NCBI GenBank assembly: GCA_035307005.1
Contig: DATGMY010000197.1
Span: forward strand, 1-33,572
Source: Flavobacterium sp.
GTDB taxonomy: Bacteria > Bacteroidota > Bacteroidia > Flavobacteriales > Flavobacteriaceae
Direction: 5' to 3'
DNA length: 33,572 bases
Shown: positions 18,265-28,000 of the stretch, in pieces
Layout of the letters: each line of letters begins with the position of its first letter
Position numbering within the stretch: position 1 is the first letter of the stretch
The notes under the pieces: model-generated
The model's input: only the letters and a program-made list of their open reading frames with translations
Told to the model about the DNA's origin: nothing
Databases searched by the model: none
Translations under genes and position numbers: made by a program

Positions 18265-19260
18265 ATGAAAAAGTTACGCATCTATTTCTGTGTACTTGTG
18301 TTTTTATTATTTGCACTGTCAATAAATGCTCAGGTGCTTTTTGAGGAAAATTTTGACAGCTACCCTGCGGGGGATTTAATCAGCGACCCAACCAGTACCA
18401 TCCCCGATCAGGGGGGGTGGTATTGCGGGTCGAGTAACCCAGTGACAGCAAATGCTCTTGTTACCCCCGAAACCGGTAAAGGTAATGTGTTAATAGTTAC
18501 GGAAAACTCGGCTGCCCCAGGAGGAACAACAATAACCTTTCGGCAAGCTCAAGGGGTTATAGATCTTTTGTGGAACAACCGCACGGCAGGCAACAATATC
18601 ATGAAGTTTGAATATGAATTTTATGGTTCCGGGATTTTTAATACTCACGGTAGTATTGTAAGTCAAGGACCAGGTTTAATAAATGTAGTTTTTCAGTCAA
18701 ATTTAGATCGTATTGGTGCAAATTATTGGGATACAACATCCAGTAAACATATCATCTTAAAGAACTATAGTACAACTGTTTTTCCGTATGATATCTGGAT
18801 TAAAGCAGAAATGTATATAGATTACAATACCAATGATGTTTATTTCTATTTGCCTGCACTCAATATTTTGGAAACACGTTCTTTTTCGCATAATAGAATA
18901 CCTGATGGCGTGTCTTTTTCTATAACGGTTCATCCATCGGCTGTTGTCAAATTGGATAACATCAAGCTTTCAGCATTGCAAACACTGCCTTCTCACTTGG
19001 TAAGTGTTCGTGATTTTGTGTCTTACAAGTTTAATGTTTTTCCCAATCCGGTTACGGATGTGGTTACCATAACCAACAGTGAAAGCATCGGCATAGAGCA
19101 GATAGAAATCTTTGATATCAGTGGTAAAACCATAAAATCACTAAACCTTAACAACGAAAATGAGGCGCAATTAAACCTCGGAGATTTTGCATCGGGTATG
19201 TATCTATTGCACATCAAAACCAATGAGGGAACCGCTGTGAAAAAAGTGGTAAAGAAATAA
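18265..19260 (+). CDS. T9SS type A cargo, paralog 1 (lectin/adhesin-like beta-sandwich plus CTD)
   Basis: ATG 18265, signal peptide INA|Q, VLFEENFDSY...VKLDNIKL domain, CTD VFPNP...GMYLLHI...KKVVKK. Confidence 0.9.
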   Translation: MKKLRIYFCVLVFLLFALSINAQVLFEENFDSYPAGDLISDPTSTIPDQGGWYCGSSNPVTANALVTPETGKGNVLIVTENSAAPGGTTITFRQAQGVIDLLWNNRTAGNNIMKFEYEFYGSGIFNTHGSIVSQGPGLINVVFQSNLDRIGANYWDTTSSKHIILKNYSTTVFPYDIWIKAEMYIDYNTNDVYFYLPALNILETRSFSHNRIPDGVSFSITVHPSAVVKLDNIKLSALQTLPSHLVSVRDFVSYKFNVFPNPVTDVVTITNSESIGIEQIEIFDISGKTIKSLNLNNENEAQLNLGDFASGMYLLHIKTNEGTAVKKVVKK

Positions 19261-19271
19261 ATTTAAAATAT
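18944..19271 (+). repeat. Near-identical 328-bp block (end of passenger, CTD, stop, ATTTAAAATAT), copy 1 of 3; others at 19984-20311 and 21026-21353
   Basis: Each copy starts TTGTCAAATTGGATAACATCAAGCTTTCAGCA. Periods are 1040 and 1042 bp. Confidence 0.92.
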
Positions 19272-19273
19272 CC

Positions 19274-19308
19274 AACCCCTTTCAGGGTTCTAAACCCTGA
19301 AAGGGGTT
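19274..19308. repeat. Intergenic palindrome (REP doublet/terminator-like), copy 1
   Basis: Perfect 16-bp stem AACCCCTTTCAGGGTT-CTA-AACCCTGAAAGGGGTT. Confidence 0.88.
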
Positions 19309-19322
19309 TTAAATCAGAGATT

Positions 19323-20300
19323 ATGAAAATAAAAATACAATTAATAGCTTTATTATTATTTGCCCTACCAAGCACAAATGCCCAGGTGCTTTTTGAGGAA
19401 AATTTTGACAGCTACTCCTCAGGGCATTTAAACAGTGACTATACCAATAGCACCCCCGGGCAGGGAGGATGGGTAGTTTCGGGCTATAATGCATCTGCAA
19501 TAGTTGCTTCCGAAATAAGTAAAGGAAACGTGATAACCATTCAAGGTACAAGTTCGGCTACCACAGGATCTGTATTTTTTCAGCAGATTGGGGGAGTAAT
19601 AGATGCTTTGTGGAACAACCGCACTGCAGGGAACAATATTTTAAAATTTGAATATGAATTTTATGGTGCTTCCATCAACCATTTTAATAGTGGAGGAGGA
19701 CTTACAAGTCAAAACACAAAGCTAATAGACATTACTTTTCAATCAAAACTTGATCGAATAGGAGCAAATTATTACAATACTACATCTAATAATCATATAG
19801 TTTTATTGACACCTAATTTTCCTTATGATGTCTGGATTAAAGTAGAAATGTTTATCGATTATAATACTAATTATGTTTATTTTTACCTTCCTACATTCAA
19901 TATCCAAAAGGCACTTTCTTTTTCCCATAACAGGATACCTGAACAAATAAATTTTGGGACAAGTGATCTTGACCAATCGTCCATTGTCAAATTGGATAAC
20001 ATCAAGCTTTCAGCACTGCAAACGCTGCCTTCTCATTTGGTAAGTGTCAGTGAGTTTGTATCTTCAAAGTTTAATGTGTTTCCAAATCCGGTAACAGATA
20101 TGGTTACCATTACCAACAGTGAAAGCATCGGCATAGAGCAAGTAGAAATCTTTGATATCAGTGGTAAAACCATAAAATCGCTAAGTTTTAATAACGAAAA
20201 TGAGGTGCAATTAAATCTCGGAGATTTTGCATCGGGTATGTATTTGCTGCACATCAAAACCAATCAAGGTGTGGCTGTGAAAAAAGTAGTAAAGAAATAA
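19323..20300 (+). CDS. T9SS type A cargo, paralog 2
   Basis: Same architecture as paralog 1, with signal peptide TNA|Q and a type A CTD. Confidence 0.9.
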   Translation: MKIKIQLIALLLFALPSTNAQVLFEENFDSYSSGHLNSDYTNSTPGQGGWVVSGYNASAIVASEISKGNVITIQGTSSATTGSVFFQQIGGVIDALWNNRTAGNNILKFEYEFYGASINHFNSGGGLTSQNTKLIDITFQSKLDRIGANYYNTTSNNHIVLLTPNFPYDVWIKVEMFIDYNTNYVYFYLPTFNIQKALSFSHNRIPEQINFGTSDLDQSSIVKLDNIKLSALQTLPSHLVSVSEFVSSKFNVFPNPVTDMVTITNSESIGIEQVEIFDISGKTIKSLSFNNENEVQLNLGDFASGMYLLHIKTNQGVAVKKVVKK

Positions 20301-20313
20301 ATTTAAAATATCC

Positions 20314-20346
20314 AACCCTTTCAAAGTTTAGAACTCTGAAAGGGTT
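20314..20346. repeat. Intergenic palindrome, copy 2
   Basis: 15-bp stem with one mismatch: AACCCTTTCAAAGTT-TAG-AACTCTGAAAGGGTT. Confidence 0.85.
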
Positions 20347-20361
20347 TTAAAATAAAAGATT

Positions 20362-21342
20362 ATGAAAAGAAAAATACAATTAATAACACTTTTATTATTT
20401 ACCCTACCAAGCATAAATGCCCAAGTGCTTTTTGAGGAAAATTTTGACAGCTACCCCGCGGGGGATTTAATCGACCAGACCAGTACCATCCCCGATCAGG
20501 GTGGGTGGTATTGCGGAACACAGAGCGCTGTAACAGCAGATGCCATTGTTACCCCCGAGTCCGGTAAAGGCAATGTGTTAATAATAAACGGGACTTCAGG
20601 TTACGGATCAATAGCCTTTCAGCAAGCTCAAGGGGTTATAGATGCTTTATGGAACAACCGGCAGGCAGGCAACAATATTATGAAGTTTGAATATGAATTT
20701 TATGGTTCGGGGATTTTTAGTGCAGCTGGGAGTATTTCTAGTCAAGCAACAAATTTAATAAATATGGGGTTTCAGACAAATCAGCCAAATCGTATTGCTG
20801 GAAATTTCTTTAATACCACATCCAATACCAACATTACTTTGCTAAGCTTTAATACAACTCCTTTTCTAGATAACACCTGGATTAAAGCAGAGATGTATAT
20901 AGATTACAATACCAATGATGTGTATTTCTATCTGCCTGCCCTTAATATTTTAGAATCACGTTCTTTTTCGCATAACAGAATACCTGAAGGTATAGATTTT
21001 TCCGTAAGTGTTAATCCATCAGCTCTTGTCAAATTGGATAACATCAAGCTTTCAGCACTGCAAACGCTGCCTTCTCATTTGGTAAGTGTTCGTGATTTTA
21101 TATCTTCAAAGTTTAATGTATTTCCCAATCCGGTTACGGATGTGGTTACCGTTACCAACAGTGAAAGCATCGGCATAGAACAGATAGAAATCTTTGATAT
21201 CAGTGGTAAAACCGTAAAATCGCTAAGTTTTAATAATGAAAATGAGGTGCAATTAAACCTCGGAGATTTTGCATCGGGTATGTATCTGCTGCACATCAAA
21301 ACCAATGAAGGTGTGGCTGTGAAGAAAGTAGTAAAGAAATAA
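20362..21342 (+). CDS. T9SS type A cargo, paralog 3
   Basis: Same architecture, with signal peptide INA|Q and a type A CTD. Confidence 0.9.
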   Translation: MKRKIQLITLLLFTLPSINAQVLFEENFDSYPAGDLIDQTSTIPDQGGWYCGTQSAVTADAIVTPESGKGNVLIINGTSGYGSIAFQQAQGVIDALWNNRQAGNNIMKFEYEFYGSGIFSAAGSISSQATNLINMGFQTNQPNRIAGNFFNTTSNTNITLLSFNTTPFLDNTWIKAEMYIDYNTNDVYFYLPALNILESRSFSHNRIPEGIDFSVSVNPSALVKLDNIKLSALQTLPSHLVSVRDFISSKFNVFPNPVTDVVTVTNSESIGIEQIEIFDISGKTVKSLSFNNENEVQLNLGDFASGMYLLHIKTNEGVAVKKVVKK

Positions 21343-21359
21343 ATTTAAAATATAATTTC

Positions 21360-21395
21360 AATCCCGGCAAAGTTTTCGATTTTGTCGGGATTTTT
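21360..21395 (+). terminator. Intrinsic terminator closing the lipoprotein/T9SS cargo operon
   Basis: Stem AATCCCGGCAAA/TTTGTCGGGATT (one G-U pair) followed by a T-rich tail. Confidence 0.82.
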
Positions 21396-21483
21396 ATTTT
21401 TTCAAAATGTTACCACTAAATTTAAACCACATTTCTAAACACTTAAAACAAACAACAATTAGTTTAAATTAAATTAAATTAAC

Positions 21484-21491
21484 TATTTTTG
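21484..21491 (+). promoter_or_regulatory. -7 box (TATTTTTG) for ruvA-sprA
   Basis: TAnnTTTG match 14 bp upstream of the ruvA ATG. Confidence 0.5.
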
Positions 21492-21505
21492 GTAAAAATT
21501 TTGAT

Positions 21506-22087
21506 ATGATTTCTTTTATAAAGGGCCGATTAGTAGAAAAAGTTCCCACAGAGGTAATAATAGATAATAACGGTATAGGGTATCAGGTAAATATTTCATT
21601 AAATACCTATTCTTTGATTTCTGATTCAGAGTCTGTTATGCTTTATACCTATCTTCAGGTTAAAGAAGATTCACATACGCTTTTCGGTTTTGCCGATAAA
21701 TTAGAACGTGAAATCTTTAAACTGCTCATATCTGTTTCGGGAATTGGTGCCAATACTGCCCGGAATATGTTGTCGTATATTCACCCCAAAGAGTTGATGC
21801 AGGCAATTGTTCAGGAAGATGTCAAAGCTATTCAGGCAATCAAAGGAATCGGGCTCAAAACAGCCCAGCGCGTTATTATCGAACTGAAAGAAAAAGTGAT
21901 GAAAATGCACGATATTGATGAAATTTCTGTCGCTCATCACAATACAAATGCAGATGAAGCGTTATCTGCTTTAGAGGTGTTAGGTTTTGTGAGAAAAACA
22001 GCAGAAAAAACGGTAAAGAAAATTCTGGAGCAAAATCCCGATGCCGGTGTGGAACAAATTATTAAGTTAGCATTAAAAAATTTGTAA
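21506..22087 (+). CDS. ruvA: Holliday junction branch migration protein RuvA
   Basis: MISFIKG...GIGY...VKEDSHTLFGF, HhH motifs VSGIGA and IKGIGLKTAQR, and EALSALEVLGF. Confidence 0.97.
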   Translation: MISFIKGRLVEKVPTEVIIDNNGIGYQVNISLNTYSLISDSESVMLYTYLQVKEDSHTLFGFADKLEREIFKLLISVSGIGANTARNMLSYIHPKELMQAIVQEDVKAIQAIKGIGLKTAQRVIIELKEKVMKMHDIDEISVAHHNTNADEALSALEVLGFVRKTAEKTVKKILEQNPDAGVEQIIKLALKNL

Positions 22088-22090
22088 GAT

Positions 22091-25000
22091 TTGAAAACGT
22101 ATTCACGCGTAACTATATTTTTTAAGTATTTATTTTTGATATTCTTTTTGGTAATTCCGGTGCTTGCTGTAGCACAGGTTGACGAAACCGAAGAAGAACA
22201 GGAAGAAGACGTCATTATCCGGGGGGCTATTACGTTGGAAGACGTGGACAGTATTATGAGGATGTACACTTACGATCCACTGACAGACCGCTATATCTAT
22301 AGTGTAACCACGGGTGGGTTTGATATTGAATATCCGATGATTTTAACGCGGAAGCAATACGAAGAAATATTACTGGACGCTGCCACACGTGAATTTTACT
22401 ACAAGCAATTGGCAGCTGGCGAAGACCGACTCAGTGAAGAGGAAATGAAAGATCTGTTGCCACGATATTATGTCAATTCCAAACTTTTTGAAAGTATATT
22501 CGGAAGCAATACCATTGATGTAAGACCCAACGGTTCGGTAGAAGTCGATCTTGGATTGCGTTATTCCAAACAGGATAATCCGATTATTTCTCCACGAAAC
22601 CGCAGAATGTTTGCCCTTGATTTTGACCAGAGAATTTCTTTGAGTTTGCAGGGAAAAGTCGGAACGCGTTTAAATACCGACATCAACTTTGACAATCAGG
22701 CAACGATGGGATTTCAGCAGCAAATGGTCAAATTGCAGTATGAACCTGATGAAGATGCAATTATACAGGGAATAGAAGTTGGAAACGTGAGTATGCCCGT
22801 GAATAATTCTTTAATTAGAGGGGCGCAAAACCTGTTTGGTGTAAAATCAAAATTACAGTTCGGACGAACCACGGTAACCGGGGTGTTTTCCAAACAAAAC
22901 TCTGAGCGGAATTCTATTATTGTAGAAGGCGGCGGAACCGTTCAGGATTTTGAACTTTTTGCCTTGGATTACGAACAAAACAGACATTATTTTTTGTCTC
23001 AGTTTTTTCGTTATCAATACGACAGAGCCTTACGAAACTATCCGTATGTAGATAGCCGTGTGCGGATTACCCGAGTGGAAGTTTGGGTAACCAACCGTCA
23101 AAACCGCATAGGTCAGGTCAATAACAATATGCGGAATATTATTGCCTTACAGGATTTGGGAGAAGCACGTCTTAGCAATGCCAGCGTAGAGCGTACCATT
23201 GGTATTGATTTGAATGCACATCCTGATTTTTTTGGAACTACACCTGTAAATCAGCCCAGCGATAACGAAAACAACCAGTTTAATCCCGAGCAAATCGGAA
23301 CCAATTTTTTAAACGAAGGTATTCGCCAGATTACTACGGCACAAAGCGGATTCAATATTCCGGTGACTGAAGGGCGTGATTATGTGAAGTTGGAAAATGC
23401 CCGAAAACTTTCGGAAATGGAATTTAAATTCCACCCGCAATTAGGATACATTTCATTGCAGCAACCGCTAAACAACGATGAGGTTTTGGCAGTTGCCTAT
23501 GAATATACCATCGGAGGAAAAGTTTATAAAGTAGGGGAGTTCGGAACAGATGGAATTGATGCTACTGTTATAGGACAGGATGGTGACAATCAGGATATTC
23601 CTACCACACAAAGTTTGGTTTTAAAAATGCTGAAAAGTACTCTGGCATCGGTCGATGAACCGGTTTGGGACTTGATGATGAAAAATATTTACCCTATTCC
23701 GGGAATGCGAATTTCTCAGGAGGGTTTCCGTTTTAATATTCTTTATACCGATCCTTCGCCGCTCAATTATATTTCGCCCGTTGAAGGTACGCCGTTACCC
23801 GAGGATGTAGCAAACACTCCTTTGCTCAACGTCTTTCATTTAGACCGTTTAAATTCAACAAACGATCCTCAAAATGGTGGAGATGGTTGGTTTGATTACG
23901 TAGCCAATGGTCCTACAAACGATCCTTTTAATAATCAAAATAATCAGAGTGGTTCGTACAACCAACAAAATAATCAGGGAGGTTCATACAATCAACAAAA
24001 TAATTCCGGATTACAAAATACCAATAAGTTTGACGGAATTACAATTGACGAAGAAGCCGGACGAATTATTTTTACAACCGTAGAACCTTTTGGAGAACAT
24101 TTGTTTCAAAAGCTTTCGGCCAATGGTTCCGAAGATTATAACATCGAAGCAAGCTACAATGCCAACCAAAAGAAATATGTGTACAAAAGTATGTATCGCA
24201 GTACCTACTCAAAAGCACTTCAGGATACACAAAAAAATAAATTCCAGTTAAAAGGACGTTTCCAAAGTGAAGGAGCAGATGGAATTCAGATTCCGGGCGG
24301 ATTTATGGGAATTACGCAAGGTTCGGTGGTGGTAACAGCAGGCGGAAGAACGCTTGTGGAAGGTATGGATTATACCGTGGATTATCAACGGGGAACGGTT
24401 AATATAGTGGATCCTTCGTTGAAAAACAGCAACACGCCCATTGAAATTTCTACTGAACAAAATTCGATGTTCAGTCAAAACCGCCGAACGTTTTTCGGAT
24501 TTAATATCGATCATCAGGTCAATGATAAATTGGTTTTTGGAGCTACTTATCTGCGCTTGTCAGAACAGCCGTTAACGGTTAAATCCAATTTTGGAGAGGA
24601 GTCGGTCAACAATGCTGTGATTGGTTTCAATGCGAATTATTCTACCGATGTACCTTTCCTGACACGTTGGGTCAACAAATTACCCAATATTGACACTGAT
24701 GTAATGTCGAGTCTAACCGTTAAAGGAGAATTTGCCTACTTACTTCCGGGGGCATCAAAGTTAGATCAGATCAATGGAGAAGCTACTGCATATATCGAGA
24801 ATTTTGAAGGAATGCAAAGTAACATTGATGTATTGAACCCAACAATGTGGTCTTTGTCTTCCGTTCCTGTGGGGTATGGTGAAAATTTTACGGATTTACA
24901 ATCAGGATACCGTCGTGCAAAAATGTCGTGGTACAATATTGACCAGATTTTTTATAGTCCGTACCGCCGTCCGGATGATGTTACTGACAATCAGTTGTCG

Positions 25001-28000
25001 TCTAATAAAACCCGACGGGTTCCTAAAGAAGAAATCTTCCCGACAATGGATATTGCTGCCGGTGATATGTTGACCATCAATCCGCTCAATCTGACGTACT
25101 ATCCTAAAGAACGTGGACCGTATAACTTTAATCCTCAGTTTCTGAGTAATAATCAATTGCCCAATCCCGAACAAAACTGGGCGGGTATTATGCGTTCGAT
25201 TGCCTCGACCAATTTTGAACAAAGCAACGTGGAATACATTGAATTCTGGATGATGGATCCTTATACAGGAAATCCGGGAGATATTGCTGAGGTTAACAAT
25301 CAGGGGAAAGTATTTTTTAATCTTGGATATATTTCAGAAGATATTTTGCAGGACGGAATGAAGCAGTATGAAAACGGACTGCCAACACCGGGTAACAATA
25401 CACCTACGATTAGTACTATCTGGGGAAAAGTGCCTGCTTCAACGGCTCTGATTTATGCTTTTGATTCTGATGGCGGTAGTCGGGCTTATCAGGATGTGGG
25501 ACTGGATGGACTGAACGATGAAGAAGAAGCAGCAAAGTTTCCGCAATTTGCAGGATTCAATGACCCCGCCGCCGATAATTACGAATTCTTTTTGACGGCA
25601 CAGGGCGATATTGTTACACGTTATAAAAACTACAATGGACTGCAAGGCAATACGCCGATAGAATTTAGTGACACCAATCGCGGAAACTCTAATTTACCGG
25701 ATGTAGAAGATATTGATGGAGATAATACGATGAATACCATCAATGCCTATTATCAATATGAAATAAATGTGGCTCCGAATCCAACGATTGGAGAAAATTA
25801 CGTAGTGGATGTACGTACTACTACCGCTACATTTCCCAATGGAAACACTACGCCGGTAAAATGGGTGCAGTACAAAGTGCCTATTGTGGCAAGCGAAGAA
25901 TATGCCGTAGGAGCCATTTCAGACTTGCAATCGGTGCGTTTTATGCGAATGTTTTTAACCGGGTTTAATGAAGAGGTTACGTTACGTTTCGGAACATTGA
26001 ATTTAGTAAGCAGCAGCTGGCGCCGATACACCGAAAGTCTGATTGAAGACCCGGATATTATTGTACAGGGAACGAATACAGGCTTTGATGTAACGACGCT
26101 GAATATTCTGAACAACTATGCACGTACACCAATCCCGTATGTATTGCCACCGGGAATTTTCCGTGAGCAAAGACTTCAGAACAATACAGCTATCAATGAA
26201 GACGAACAGGCTTTATCTTTGCGGGTGTACAAGGCAAATACAGCTATGGCATCGCCAAGCGGACTGGAACCCGAGGATTCCCGTGCGGTTTTCAAAAATG
26301 TTGGAAACATAGATATGCGTCAGTATAAAAAATTACGGATGTTTATTCACGCCGAAGCTACGGAAGATTTGAATGACGGTATGCGTTTACAAGATGATGA
26401 AATGGTCGCTTTTATCCGTTTTGGTAATGATTTTACAGATAATTTCTATCAGGTTGAAATTCCGTTGAAAGTAACCGAATGGGGAACCTCTATTGCAGAA
26501 GAAATCTGGCCGTTGGCAAATGAAATTGAATTACAGTTGGAATTATTGACAAAATTAAAACTGATGCGAAACCGCGATCAGGCGCACAATCCTAATTTTA
26601 TCTATTATAAAAATGAAGAGGAACTAGCACCTGAATTAAGCAATAAACTCAATAAACTGAGAATAGGTATTAAAGGAAATCCAAACTTTGGTTTGGTACG
26701 AACTATTATGCTGGGAATGCGTAACAACACCCGTGTTTTGTCACAGACTACCGGGCAGCAACCCCGGGATCTGCGTGGAGAGGTTTGGTTCAACGAGTTG
26801 CGTATGTCCGATATGACTAACAAAGGAGGTTGGGCTGCTATAGCAACAGTAGATGCTAAAATAGCTGATTTTGCGGCTGTGACAGCATCAGCCAACCAAC
26901 AAACGATTGGTTTTGGAGCTTTGGAACAAGGACCTCAGGAACGCAGTCGTGAAGATATCTTTCAATACAATATAACAACAGCGGTCAATGCGCATCAGAT
27001 CTTGCCAAAAAACTGGAAATTAAACATTCCGTTTAGTTATTCTATTTCGGAAGAAAAAATTACACCGGAATACGACCCGAACGATCCGGATATTCGTTTG
27101 CAGGTAAAGCTCGATGATGCACAAAGTGATCAGGAACGCAAACAAATCAAAGACCGTGCGATAGAATATACCAAACGTACCAGCATTAACTTTGTAGGTG
27201 TTAATAAACAGCGGGGCGAAAATAAAAAGGAGCGTTTTTATGATATTGAAAACCTCACACTTTCACATACGTTCAATGAAGTGGAGCAACACAATTTTGA
27301 AATAGAAAAAATGCTTGATCAGCAGGCGCGTTCTTCGGTGGATTATTCCTATGCATTCAAACCGTGGGAGGTCGAACCCTTTAAAAAAGCCGAAAGCTTG
27401 AAAAAGAGTCGCTATCTGAAAATACTGACTGATTTTAACCTGAATCTTTTGCCGACCAATGTTACGTTTCATTCTGATGTATTGCGCCAGTTCAATCAAC
27501 AAAAATACAGGATGATTGATGTGGAAGGAATCGAAATACAACCTTTGTACCGGAGAAATTATTTCTTTAATTATAACTATAGACTGAATTTTAACCTGAC
27601 CAAAAATCTGACATTGAATTATATGGCGTCTAACAATAATGTGGTACGCAATTATTACGACGATGAAATGTTTGTGGATAATTCACTGGGAATTTGGAAT
27701 GGTTATTTTGATATGGGTACTCCTAATTTGCGGATGCAAAGTTTACAACTCAATTATAAGTTGCCGTTTGACAAAATTCCGTTTTTGTCGTTTCTGAATT
27801 CAACGTATTCTTATACGGGTGATTACAGTTGGCAGCGTGCTACGGATGCTTTTTCACAGATTGAGTACAATGGTGTCAATTACCGTTTAGGAAATACGAT
27901 CCAAAATGCCAATACACACAATTTGAATACATCTGTTACGATGGATACATTTTATAAGTATCTGGGCTTGGAGAAAAAGAAAAAGCCACAACGGACTGCT

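Noticed and set aside
19270-19312. Palindromes as integron attC sites (ATCCAAC fits RYYYAAC)
   Set aside because: The right end GTTTTAA does not fit GTTRRRY, the element is only about 40 bp, there are no extrahelical bases, the flanking genes are paralogs and no integrase is present.
19023-21305. Three similar minus-strand ORFs (19023-19223, 20033-20263, 21075-21305)
   Set aside because: They are antisense shadows of the repeated CTD-coding block.
18265-21342. Diversity-generating retroelement (TR/VR pair)
   Set aside because: There is no reverse transcriptase in the window, differences are not adenine-specific, and the C-termini are the conserved part.
23902-24035. Intein or mobile insertion in sprA
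   Set aside because: Too short, with no Cys/Ser...His-Asn splice motifs. Local tandem duplication explains it.
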